Shown in pieces: positions 20,294 to 31,311 of a stretch of 64,000 nt of DNA. Origin of the DNA: a virus. Lineage: Duplodnaviria; Caudoviricetes. The translations under genes and the position numbers were made by a program. The notes under the pieces are model-generated. The model was given only the letters and a program-made list of their open reading frames with translations, was not told where the DNA came from and searched no databases. The stretch covers positions 13,329 through 77,328 of IMG/VR virus record IMGVR_UViG_3300031992_000077; one strand, 5' to 3'. Position 1 is the stretch's first letter. Every line of letters begins with the position of its first letter.

Positions 20294-23200
20294 ATGGAAT
20301 ATACAGGCAGTATTCATACGCATACGGATTATAGCAATATTCGTCTTAGGGACTGTATCATCAAGCTAGAAGACGGAATTGCGTATGCAGAAAAGCTTGG
20401 ACATAAAGTAATTGGTATAACTGACCATGAGTTTACTGGTTCTTGGGTCAAAGCAAAAAGAATAGCAAAAAAACATCCAGATATTAAAGTTATACTTGGT
20501 AATGAAATCTATCTTTGTCGTAATGGTTTAAACGCGCAAAATTATAATAGAGAGTATGATAGATATTATCATTTTATACTTTTGGCAAAAGATCGAATCG
20601 GCGCGCGGCAAATAATGGAAATATCTACACGAGCTTGGAAGCGTTCTTATATGGCGCGAGGTATGCGTAGAGTTACGACATATTACCAAGATTTGTTTGA
20701 TATAATTGGTACTAATCCTGGTCACGTGATTGGTAGTACTGCTTGTTTAGGCGGCGCGCTGCCAACACAATTACTACGTTATAGGGATAGTAATAACGAA
20801 ATATTGAAGGAAAAGATCGCTATTTGGATAGAACAAATGAACGGTCTTTTTGGTGATGGTAATTTTTATTTAGAACTTCAACCAAGTAAAAATAAAGACC
20901 AAATTTATGTAAATCAAAGATTATTAGATATATCTAACGCAACAGGCATACCGTATATCATTACGACTGACTCTCATTATCTTAAAAAAGAAGACCGTAT
21001 TATTCATAAATCTTATCTTAATGCGCAAAATGGTGATAGAGAAGTTGATGAGTTCTATGCAACAACTTATATGATGGGAACAGAAGAATTAGAAAGTTTT
21101 TTTAAATATTTATCGCGCGAACAGCTCGATAAAGCATATCAAAACATCCAAGATATAGCTGATAAATGTGAAGAATATTCTCTTGAGAAGCCGTTGCGTA
21201 TTCCTAACTTAAAGTGGAAATCAATTGAAAAAGAACCAGATGCTTGGGGATATGAAGAAATGTGTATGAAAATCCCAATGCTTTGGACTTTTGCAGAATC
21301 TCCATATGAATCTGATAGATATTTGGTAAAAGCAGTAGTGCATGGTATTGATATACATCCAGACCTTCAAAGCCAAGAAGCATATGATGAAATTAATGCA
21401 TGTCTTGAAGATACGTGGGTTTCATCAAATGTCAATAATGCAAGATGGAGCGCATATTATCTTAATCTTCAGCGTATTATTGATGTATGTTGGGAAGCTG
21501 ATAGTATCGTAGGTCCAGGGCGTGGGTCCGGCGTAGGATTCATATTATTGTATGTATTGGGTATAACACAGATTAATCCTATGCGTGAAAAGACTAAAAC
21601 GTATAGATGGAGATTTTTGAATCCCGCGCGAGTATCAGTACTTGATGTCGATTTTGATATTGAAGGTTCAAAACGCGCGCAAGTATTATCTAAATTTAGA
21701 GAAGTCTATGGCGAAGATTATGTAGCAAATGTAGCAACTTTTAGAACTGAGAAGTCTAAATCTGCTATATTAACTGCGGCACGTGGTTTAGGTATTGATG
21801 TAGACATCGCGCAGTATATTGCAAGTCTTATCCCCGCAGACAGAGGATTATTGCGGAGTCTTGACCAGTGTATGTATGGCGATGTGGAAAATAATTTTAG
21901 TCCAATAAAACAATTCGTTTATGAAATGACTGAGAATTATCCAGAACTTTGGCAAGTTGCGCATGGAATTGAAGGTTTAATTTGCGGTAGTGGCATTCAT
22001 GCAGGTGGAGTTATTTTTGTAGATGAGCCATTCACGGAATCTACTGCATTGATGCGCGCGCCCGATGGTACGATTTGCACACAATTTGAATTGCATGATA
22101 GCGAAGCAGTTTCTCTGATTAAATATGACGCTTTATCGGTTGAAGCGATGGATAAAATTCATAATTGTATTAATCTTTTGTGCGATTATGGATATGCAGA
22201 ACGAAAAAATAGTTTAAAAGAAACTTACGAAAATATAATAGGTATATATAATATAGAGCGGGACGCGCCAGATATGTGGAAAATGGTTTGGAATCATGAG
22301 ATTCAATCTCTATTTCAAATGGAAAAACAATCTGGTATAGCAGGTATCGCGCTCTTAAAGCCCACATCTGTAGACGACTTGGCGACTTTGAACTCTGTTA
22401 TTCGTTTGATGGCGCAAGAAAAAGGTGGCGAAATGCCAACGAATAAACTCGCGCGATTTAAAGCGAATCCAGAACTGTGGGATAAAGAGATGGAGAATTG
22501 GGGTTTAAATAGTGATGAACGCGCGATCCTTCATAAAGAACTTGATACATCTTATGGTATTTGTGAATCACAAGAAGGATTTATGCAGCTAGTACAAACT
22601 CCGGAATGCGGTGGATTCGATTTGACATGGGCAGACAGATTACGTAAAAGTATTGCTAAAAAGAATCCAAAAGAGTTTGACCAACTTACGGAAGAATACT
22701 ATCAAAATATAAAAGATAAGAATTTAAGTCGAAATCTTTGTGATTATGTATGGAAAGTTCTTGTTGCATATAGTCGCGGCTATGGATTCAATAAATCTCA
22801 TACTCTCGCATATAGCCTTATTGCTTTACAAGAAATGAATCTTGCATATAAATATCCTATTATTTTTTGGAACTGTGCGTGTCTAATTAACGACGCGGGC
22901 GGAGACGAAACAACAGATGATGAAGAAAGTAACTTTGAGGAACCGGTGGAAGTTTCTTGGAACAATGAAATAGAAGATTTTATATTAGATTCAGAAGACG
23001 AAGATGATGATGATGACGACGAAGAAGAAGTAAAGGATAAAAAGAAAAAGAAAGCTAAGAAAATTAACTATGGTAAGATAAGTAGCGCGATTGGAAAGAT
23101 GAAAATGGAAGGGATTAATATTTCTCCTCCCGATATTAATAAATCTATCTTTACTTTCTCACCCGACCCAGAAAGGAATATTATTCGTTATGGCCTTAGC

Positions 23201-24265
23201 GGAATTACTGGTTTAGGTGATGACGCAATTAAAGAAATAATTAGTAATCGCCCATATACTTCTTTGCAAGATTTGCTTGCTAAAGTAAAACTTAAAAAAC
23301 CGCAAGTAATTAATCTTATTAAAGCTGGCGCGTTTGATGAGTTTGGTGACAGATATAATTTAATGGAATCTTATATTGAAACTATTTGTGATGCAAAGAA
23401 ACGAATAACTTTACAAAATATGCAAATGATGATTAATTTTAATATGATTCCAGACGCGTATGCTTTTCAAGTTAAAGTATTTAATTTTAATAAATATCTA
23501 AAGAAGTGCAAGTTTGATAATAAATTTTATTTCTTAGATGAATTTAGTTTCCCTTTTTATGAAGAAAATTTTGATATAGATTTATTAGAAAATAGAGATA
23601 ATATATTCTTTCTTCCGATATTAAAATGGGATAATATTTATCAAAAGCAAATGGATATTATTCGTCCATGGATAAAGAAAAATGCAGACGAATTATTAAA
23701 AACTTTAAATGGATATTTAATGGGCGAAACTTGGAATAAATATTGTTTAGGTTCTATCTCTAAATGGGAAATGGATAGTACATCTTGTTACTTCCACGCG
23801 CATGAACTTAGTAAAATAGATTATGATTGGTATGGATTTAGCGACTTTTTTGAATTGCCACTTACTCCAGAAATAGAAAGTCAAATAAGAATTAAGAATA
23901 AACTTATTCCTATTTTTAGATTAAGTAGAATCTGCGGAACTGTATTAGATAGAGATAAAAATAAAAAAACTGTAACAGTTCTCACACCTAGTGGTGTAGT
24001 TACAGTAAAAATTTATGGTGATGCATTCACACACTATGATAGACAGATAAGTGAACGAGGGGCTGATGGCAAGAAGCATGTAATTGAAAAGTCTTGGTTT
24101 AGTAGAGGCCGAAAAATAATTGTAACTGGTATTCGTCAAGAAGATGGATTCTTAGCTAAAAAATATAGCCGAACCCCATTTCATTTGGTTGAACTTATAA
24201 CTAATATTAATGAAGATGGAACTATTGATTCTTGCGGTGAACGTATGGAGGTTACAGAACATTGA
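20294..24265 (+). CDS. dnaE: DNA polymerase III alpha subunit (family C, PHP domain; no TAG)
   Basis: HTHTDYS PHP motif, GPGRGSG, DVDFD, GIHAGG, YGFNKSH, HhH motif. Confidence 0.95.
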   Translation: MEYTGSIHTHTDYSNIRLRDCIIKLEDGIAYAEKLGHKVIGITDHEFTGSWVKAKRIAKKHPDIKVILGNEIYLCRNGLNAQNYNREYDRYYHFILLAKDRIGARQIMEISTRAWKRSYMARGMRRVTTYYQDLFDIIGTNPGHVIGSTACLGGALPTQLLRYRDSNNEILKEKIAIWIEQMNGLFGDGNFYLELQPSKNKDQIYVNQRLLDISNATGIPYIITTDSHYLKKEDRIIHKSYLNAQNGDREVDEFYATTYMMGTEELESFFKYLSREQLDKAYQNIQDIADKCEEYSLEKPLRIPNLKWKSIEKEPDAWGYEEMCMKIPMLWTFAESPYESDRYLVKAVVHGIDIHPDLQSQEAYDEINACLEDTWVSSNVNNARWSAYYLNLQRIIDVCWEADSIVGPGRGSGVGFILLYVLGITQINPMREKTKTYRWRFLNPARVSVLDVDFDIEGSKRAQVLSKFREVYGEDYVANVATFRTEKSKSAILTAARGLGIDVDIAQYIASLIPADRGLLRSLDQCMYGDVENNFSPIKQFVYEMTENYPELWQVAHGIEGLICGSGIHAGGVIFVDEPFTESTALMRAPDGTICTQFELHDSEAVSLIKYDALSVEAMDKIHNCINLLCDYGYAERKNSLKETYENIIGIYNIERDAPDMWKMVWNHEIQSLFQMEKQSGIAGIALLKPTSVDDLATLNSVIRLMAQEKGGEMPTNKLARFKANPELWDKEMENWGLNSDERAILHKELDTSYGICESQEGFMQLVQTPECGGFDLTWADRLRKSIAKKNPKEFDQLTEEYYQNIKDKNLSRNLCDYVWKVLVAYSRGYGFNKSHTLAYSLIALQEMNLAYKYPIIFWNCACLINDAGGDETTDDEESNFEEPVEVSWNNEIEDFILDSEDEDDDDDDEEEVKDKKKKKAKKINYGKISSAIGKMKMEGINISPPDINKSIFTFSPDPERNIIRYGLSGITGLGDDAIKEIISNRPYTSLQDLLAKVKLKKPQVINLIKAGAFDEFGDRYNLMESYIETICDAKKRITLQNMQMMINFNMIPDAYAFQVKVFNFNKYLKKCKFDNKFYFLDEFSFPFYEENFDIDLLENRDNIFFLPILKWDNIYQKQMDIIRPWIKKNADELLKTLNGYLMGETWNKYCLGSISKWEMDSTSCYFHAHELSKIDYDWYGFSDFFELPLTPEIESQIRIKNKLIPIFRLSRICGTVLDRDKNKKTVTVLTPSGVVTVKIYGDAFTHYDRQISERGADGKKHVIEKSWFSRGRKIIVTGIRQEDGFLAKKYSRTPFHLVELITNINEDGTIDSCGERMEVTEH

Positions 24266-25335
24266 TAATTGGTTTATGGGATGCAGATTTTATGAAATAT
24301 AAGTAGCCAGTTTTCAATTTAGAGCTTATGAAACTGGCTACTTATTATAAATAGAAAAAAGATATAGTTAAATTAGCCCCAGTATTAGACCCATATAAAT
24401 ATACAAAATTTATTTATCGTAAAGATTGGGATGATGGAGATTATCCTAAAGAAATTTTTTTAGATAATGTGACCTACGGCGGGCGCGCCTTTGGAGAAAA
24501 ATATAAATCATTAGGTATAAATATAGAATCTGTAACACCAGATACATATTTATATTAGAGTTTTATTAATGAATTTCATGGTGCGCAATTAAATCATTTT
24601 AAAATGATGTAGAATTCAGCCCATATTAGACTTTCATTAGATGGGGAAACTATTTGGAAAGATTATAATAAAAGTTTTAATTTTACTAATACAACACGTA
24701 GTTTTTTCTTTCATGATTATGATTTGAATAAAATATAGAATAGTGCAGAAGAAATAAAAAAAATAATTGAAAGTGACGGCAGTAAAGTTAGTCGAGTTGT
24801 TGGTATGAAATTTCCAGTATAGGTTAATAATGAGATAGATTTGGCTCGGTGGCTAGCATTACCAGGCGCGCAAGTATACTATTCAATTTAGTATAATGGG
24901 ATTATGAATGATAAAGCTTTTTAGGTCTTTTTGTCAGGAAGTAAATTATAGAGCCGTAACTTAGACTATATTGTAACTTCTTCACTATCGGGAGAGGATG
25001 ATTTTGTCAAGAACGGACTACCAATAATTTATAAATAGCTCTTAATTTCATAGATGCATAAAAAAAGAATTTTACTTAAATATGAAGATGATTTTTTCTA
25101 GGATAAAAGATGGGAAGATTTAATTACTTATTTCAATGAATATAATTCAGCAGATGTTACGCGTAAATTTTCAAAAACATTATTTTACTATACTAGCCAT
25201 ATTTTAGATAAATAGTCTATATATAAACCTAAATTTTCACGAGACTACATAGCTGAACTCTTTGAGATGGTAAGAGAGAAAAATTATGATGTTTTTAAAA
25301 TGTTTTATGAAAATATAGGAGGAGATTTTATATGA
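24262..25335 (+). CDS. Hypothetical protein, 357 aa, N-terminus resembling phage radical-SAM-associated proteins (13 TAG); absent from the ORF track
   Basis: TTG with GGAGG RBS; MIIGLWDADFMKYK(Q)PVFNLELMKLATYYK(Q)...YGGRAF...TPDTYLY; no TAA/TGA in frame until 25333. Confidence 0.75.
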
Positions 25336-25535
25336 CAAATTTAGAAATCAAACAAAGGATTGATAGCAATAATAAAATAATACAAGATGCTTTTAGTCCT
25401 AATCAATTTGTTCTTAATAATGTAATAAAAAATTTATTGAAGGAGAATGAAGACCTTCAAAAACAATGCACGCATAGCTTTGTTGATGGCTATTGTGAAT
25501 ATTGTTATATGGAGGAACCAAAAGAAGATGATTAA
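25332..25535 (+). CDS. Small coiled-coil/zinc-finger protein
   Basis: LQKQCTHSFVDGYCEYC; GGAGG RBS. Confidence 0.65.
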   Translation: MTNLEIKQRIDSNNKIIQDAFSPNQFVLNNVIKNLLKENEDLQKQCTHSFVDGYCEYCYMEEPKEDD

Positions 25536-25725
25536 AATGTATAGCACTCATTGTCCGAAATGTAAAGTTCTTTCAATGAAACTTGCACAAAAAGGAATTG
25601 ATTTTACTGAAATTGATGATATGGAAGAAATGCAAAATCTTGGTTTGAAAAGCGCCCCAGCACTTAATATAGATGGCAAGATTTTAGATTTTAACGCGGC
25701 GATTGCGTGGGTAAGGGAGCAGTAA
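25528..25725 (+). CDS. nrdH: NrdH/glutaredoxin-like redoxin
   Basis: MYSTHCPKCKVL...SAPALNIDG. Confidence 0.8.
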   Translation: MIKMYSTHCPKCKVLSMKLAQKGIDFTEIDDMEEMQNLGLKSAPALNIDGKILDFNAAIAWVREQ

Positions 25726-25726
25726 T

Positions 25727-27649
25727 ATGAATATTAATATTAGACTTGATAAAAATTTTACTACACAATTTAATAAACTTCAAGAAAAATACGGAGAAGA
25801 ATTCGCTAAACTTAATGGCTTAAGTGATGAATAGCTTTCCTATACAGACTTTATTTCTAATTTTATTGAATCTGAGACTGTAGCCGATGCATCTGTGGAT
25901 AGTAATGCTAATGTAGGTCATAAAGATATTGTGACACTACTTAATGAAATGCCTAAACCGCATAGAAAACTTTTGGCTCTTCGTAAGATTTATTATGAAA
26001 TGAATAAGACTTATGGTTTTAAAGTGGCCAATGATTGGCTTGAAAAAGAATGGTCGCGCGCGCTTTATATGCATGATGCTGATACTTCTACTTTTAAACC
26101 ATATTGTTATGCTTACGACCTTAAAGATTTGGCAGAACGTGGTTTATTCTTTCTTGAAGGTTTTAATGCAGAACCTCCAAAGCATTTGGGTACTTTTATT
26201 GACTTTGTAAAAGAATTCATTAGCTATAATGCCAATAGAACATCTGGTGCTTGTGGTTTACCTAATCTTATTCCTTATATGTACTATTTTTGGAGCCGTG
26301 ATGTAAAAAATAATTATTATACTCGCGACCCAGAAAGCTATGCAAGACAACATATTCAGCGCTTTATCTATGCAGTAAATCAGCCATGCGTGCGTGATGG
26401 TATGCAGAGCGCGTTTACTAATACCTCTATTTTTGACCATGAATATTTAATGGCGCTTTTCGGCGGTTCAATTTTCCCTGACGGTTCATTTATGGTTGAT
26501 GAAATTGAAGGAATTATGGATTTCCAAAAACTTTTTATGGAAGTTATGAGCGAGATTCGTGAACATAATATGTTTACTTTCCCAGTGAATACTATTTCAC
26601 TTCTTAAAGTAAATGGTGAGTTTAAAGATGAAGAATTCGCACGTTGGGCCTGTAAACATAATATGAAATGGAGTGATAGCAATATTTTTGCAGACAGTAG
26701 TGTTAATTCTCTTTCTAATTGTTGTCGTTTAAAGAGCAATATTGAAGATTTGGGTTATTTTAATTCGATTGGCTCTACTGCGCTTCGTGTTGGTAGCGTA
26801 AAGGTATCTACTATTAATCTCGCGCGCCTTGCTTATGAAAATAAGACAGAAAAAGAATATCTTAAAGCTCTTCAAGAAATTACGGAACTTAATCTTAAAG
26901 CGCTCGATTGCGTCCGCCATATTATTCAGCGCAATATTGAGAAAGGACTTCTTCCTAATTACTGCGATGGCTTAATTGATATTAATACACAATATAATAC
27001 TATTGGTGTACTTGGCATTTATGAAACTATGCGCGCGTTTGGATATACAAAACAAGACGAATTTGGCAACACTTATTATACCGAAGATGCTTATAAATTT
27101 GGAGAAAAAATCTTTAAAGTCATTCATAATACTAAAGACCTTTTTAATATTGATAAAGATTATAGGATTAATCTAGAGGCGGTTCCCGCGGAGCAGGCTG
27201 CGGTAAAAATGCAAAAAGCAGATGAAATGTTATATCCTGAAGTAGTAATAAAAGATTTGCCTTTATATGGTAATCAATTCCTCCCACTTGGTATTAAAGC
27301 AACTCTTCAAGAACGAGTCCGTATTGCTAGCACTTTTGATAATTATTGTAATGGCGGTTCTATTTTACACGTAAATATTGAAGCACCATTTACTAATTTC
27401 AATCAAGCCTGGAAGATGTTAAATTATATCACAGATGCAGGCGTTACTTATTTTGCTTTCACAACAAAAATACAAGCTTGTAAAAATAACCATGCTTTCT
27501 TTGGAAAAGTTTGCCCAGTATGCGGTGAACCAGTAGCTACAGAATATAGTCGTATAGTAGGATTTTATACTCCAGTTCGTACCTATTCAAAAGAGCGCAA
27601 AGCTGAATGGCAGATGCGTGAGTGGGAGAATGTAAATAATGAAAATTAA
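25727..27649 (+). CDS. nrdD: Anaerobic (class III) ribonucleotide reductase, 640 aa (1 TAG at codon 36)
   Basis: FTFPVNT, SNCCRL, TIGVLG, EAVPAE, GGSILH, CPVCG, glycyl-radical motif RIVGF; true start is ATG 25727. Confidence 0.92.
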
Positions 27650-28145
27650 ATATTTAGTTGAAGAAGATTTTGTCAATTATAAAAAACCTTCACTATTTAT
27701 TGGTTTTCCTGCTTGTACATTTAAATGCGGCGAAATGAATTGTTAGAATAGTTCATTGGCACATGCCGAAGATATTGAGATTTCTAAAGAGGACATTTGT
27801 GAAAGATATATTAAAAATGAGATTACTGAAGCTTTTGTATTTGGTGGGCTAGAACCTTTTGATAGTTTTATGGATTTAATAAGTCTTATAGATTGTATTA
27901 GGAATAAATATAATATAGAAGATGATATTGTAATTTATACTGGATATACAAAAGAAGAATTAAAAAAAGGTCAGTTCGGAAAAGATAATGAAATATCAAG
28001 AATTAATTATAAATATTTAACAGATACATATAAAAATATTATAATTAAATTTGGTCGCTATTATCCAAATCAAAGCGCGCATTTTGACAAAGTTCTTGGT
28101 GTAAATCTTATAAGTGATAATCAATATGCGGAGAAAGTATCATAA
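27639..28145 (+). CDS. nrdG: NrdD activase (radical SAM), 168 aa (1 TAG)
   Basis: [10 protein letters not shown](Q)N; FGGLEPF; IYTGY; KFGRY. Confidence 0.85.
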
Positions 28146-29377
28146 TGGAAAATATTAGAGAATTAGATAATTTTATTAATTCAACTCTTGAATTTGAACA
28201 TGGATATCTTGCGAAGATATTAGAATTAGAAGAAGAGCGCCAAAATAGAAACATTGAGTTAATTGCAAGTGAAAATTATACTTCAGATGCCGTTCGTGCG
28301 GCAATGGCTTCTTGCCTTACTAATAAATACGCAGAAGGATATAGCGGCAATAGATTTTATGGCGGTTGTGAATATATTGATAAAATAGAAGATTGCTGTA
28401 AATAGACTTGGTAGAAAGTATTTAATACAAACTATAGTGTAAATGTATAGCCACATAGCGGAACACAAGCCAATCTCGCGGTTTACAATGCATTACTAAA
28501 TCCAGGGGATACAATATTGTCTCTAAATTTAAACAGCGGCGGGCATCTGTCTCATGGCTCTTTGGCCAATTTAAGCGGAAAAATTTATGATGTATATTAT
28601 TATAATTTAGATAAAAATGGCTATATTGATACTGTAAATATGGTAGAATGCCTTAAAAAATATCATCCAAAATTGGTTATTGCTGGCGCATCAGCATACC
28701 CGAGACAAATTTATTTTTCTAATATTAAAAAAATATTAGAAATTTTTGCTGATAATGAATCAATAGAATAGCCATATTTTATGGTTGATATGGCGCATAT
28801 CGCTGGTTTAGTCGCAACTGGCTTTCACCCTTCTCCCTTTGGGTACGCAGATGTAATTACAACCACAACGCATAAAACCTTGCGCGGACCACGTGGAGGA
28901 TTAATTTTTTGTAAACCAGAATTAGAAAAGAAAATTAATAGCGCAGTATTCCCAGGTATGCAAGGTGGACCGCTAGAACATGTTATTCTTGCTAAAGCAG
29001 TCTGCGCGGAAGAGTGTTTATAGCCAAATTATAAGGAATATATAAATTAGGTTATATTAAACGCGGCGGCTATGGCAAACGAATTTAAAAATAATGGATA
29101 TGATTTAGTTAGTAATGGCACAGATACGCATTTATTTTTAATTGATTTTTCTAAAACACACCCGAATCTTACAGGGCGCGCCGTGTAGGAAGAATTAGAT
29201 AAATATAATATTACATTAAATAAAAATTGTGTACCTAATGAAAAGCGAAGTCCTTATTTAACTAGTGGTATTCGTATTGGAACACCGGCTATGACGACAC
29301 GCGGCTGGAAAGAAGAAGACTTTATTAAATGCGCCAATTATATAGATAACATAATAAAAAATTTGACTAATAAATAA
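28145..29377 (+). CDS. glyA: Serine hydroxymethyltransferase, 410 aa (7 TAG)
   Basis: ELIASEN, NKYAEGY, NV(Q)[51 protein letters not shown]. Confidence 0.93.
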
Positions 29378-29391
29378 AAATATGATATAAT
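29363..29391 (+). promoter_or_regulatory. SigmaA-type promoter for the peptidase
   Basis: TTGACT-17 nt-TATAAT with TG. Confidence 0.75.
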
Positions 29392-29413
29392 ATAAATAGT
29401 GAGGAGGAATACT

Positions 29414-30247
29414 ATGAAAGAATTTAAAATTGGAGTCGTCCCCGCTAAATTTGATTTTCGAGATTATAAAATAAAATATAAAGGTATAGCAACCGCAGCA
29501 AACTTTCCAAAATAGTTTGAACTATCTATGCCAAAAGTAAAGTATTAGGACCAAGTAGGCAGTTGCGTAGCTTTCTCCTTATCCTTACTTTTTGAATATT
29601 TTAATAAACGAGAAACAAAAACAGATGTCACCATGAGTACATCTTATATTTATGGAAACCGTAGAAATAGTACTTGGAAAAAGCCTGGTATGCGAGTTAG
29701 GGATGCTTTAAAAAACGGGTGTGAATATGGAGACGTTAGTAAAGACCTAATGCCTAAAAATATTGAAGTCCCGGAAGCTATTACTTATTTTGAAAAAGAA
29801 GGTCTAAAATTAAAAGAAATAGGCCAAATAAATCGTATTAAGAAATTTTTCAAAATTACCTCTGCCAACGCGATGAAAGAGTGTTTAATGAATTACGGCC
29901 CTATTCTTGTTATAATAAAATGGTATAGTAATAACGTAGTAGATGGACAAGCTATATTAAAATCTGGCAATAATAAAAAATACTATGATGGATAGCATTG
30001 TATGGTATGCTACGGTTGGAATGAAAAAGGTTGGAAAATTTAGAACTCTTGGGGTATCGGCTGGGGAAAAATGGGTAAAGCTATTTTACCTTTTGACACT
30101 AATTTTGTAGAAGTTTGGGGAGTAATTGATTAGGAAAATTTAAATAATAGTAATTTAGAAATTATTACTCCATGTAAAAACAATACTTCTGCATTAATAG
30201 CGAAAGGAATGAATAATATTGTAAATTTAATACTAGGAAGAAGATAA
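29414..30247 (+). CDS. Papain-like cysteine peptidase (family C1A), 277 aa (5 TAG)
   Basis: VKY(Q)DQVGSCVAF (compare papain VKNQGSCGSCWAF), G(Q)HCMVCYGW, I(Q)NSWGIGWG. Confidence 0.85.
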
Positions 30248-30936
30248 TGATTAAAGTAGAAAATATAGAAATTTTTAATTTCATTGGAGCTATGAGAGGA
30301 TTACGAAATCCAATGAATAGTTGGGCAAAAAATGATACAATAGAAATTATGGGACATTTAGAGCAACCTTTGTATAGCTCTAATACTAATGAGCCTATAA
30401 TTGGCCCCAATGATTTACAACTCGCGCAACGTATGTTAGGTGGCGGCGCCGAAGAGTCTAAGTTTATGCGGCAGATAATGATATGTATGGATATAGACGC
30501 TCCGTTATTCTGGTGGAAGGAAATGGATACTTATAAAGTTGGTACAGTTGCTAATTCTTGTAGTACGATGCATAAGCTTACGAGTAACGAAATTGGCGCG
30601 CAGAACTTTTCTTTTGATATGGAAATTACAGATTTTCCTGAAGAATATCAAGAATTAATAAGCATGATAAGAGTAAATTCAATTCATTACTGTGAACAAC
30701 TTCGTGAAGCATATAATAAAACAAAAGATAAACGCATATGGCGCGCGCTCATAGAAATCTTGCCTGAAGGATGGAATCAGCGCCGTACTTGGACCGCCAA
30801 TTACCAAGTATTAAGAAATATCTATTTCTAGCGCAGAAATCATAAATTAGATGAATGGAGAGAGTTCTGTAAGATAATTGAAGAATTGCCTTACGGAAAA
30901 GAACTAATTTGTTACGAAAAAGAGAAAAAGGAGTAA
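30247..30936 (+). CDS. thyX: FAD-dependent thymidylate synthase (ThyX-like), 229 aa (1 TAG)
   Basis: AMRGLRNP, KFMRQI, APLFWWKEMDTYK, NSCSTMH, ILPEGWNQRRT, NIYF(Q)RRNHKLDEW. Confidence 0.8.
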
Positions 30937-30942
30937 ATTATT

Positions 30943-31311
30943 ATGACAATTAATTACAAAGATAAATTTTATATTTATCATCCAGACGGGAAATTTACAG
31001 AAGAACAACTAAAAAAGATACTCGATGCAGCGTATGAAATGGGAAAAAAAGAAGGATATAATGATGGATATGAGCAAGGAAAAAAGAATCATTTTACTAT
31101 AACTTACCCATCTTATCCATGGAGTACCCCATGCTATACTAATCCTAGTATTACATGTACAGACCCTACTAAAATTCCTTCTTCTATCACAACTGCCACT
31201 TCAATCATTAAAACTAATAAAGATTATTCAATAACTACGAAAAATGATGTCCCATTTACGTTAACTAATAATACTTGTAGGGAGTTTAAATATAATGGAA
31301 CAGAAGAATAA
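30943..31311 (+). CDS. Hypothetical protein (Pro/Thr-rich C-terminus)
   Basis: AAGGAG RBS; 122 aa. Confidence 0.6.
   Translation: MTINYKDKFYIYHPDGKFTEEQLKKILDAAYEMGKKEGYNDGYEQGKKNHFTITYPSYPWSTPCYTNPSITCTDPTKIPSSITTATSIIKTNKDYSITTKNDVPFTLTNNTCREFKYNGTEE

Noticed and set aside
20294-27649. Intein or group I intron in dnaE or nrdD
   Set aside because: Both are of normal length and continuous; the DnaE insertion is low-complexity with no splicing motifs.
7977-30410. Many antisense or alternate-frame ORFs in the track (for example 7977-8294, 10606-10923, 13689-14174, 26380-26739)
   Set aside because: They overlap well-supported genes, lack RBSs and motifs, and are expected shadow ORFs.
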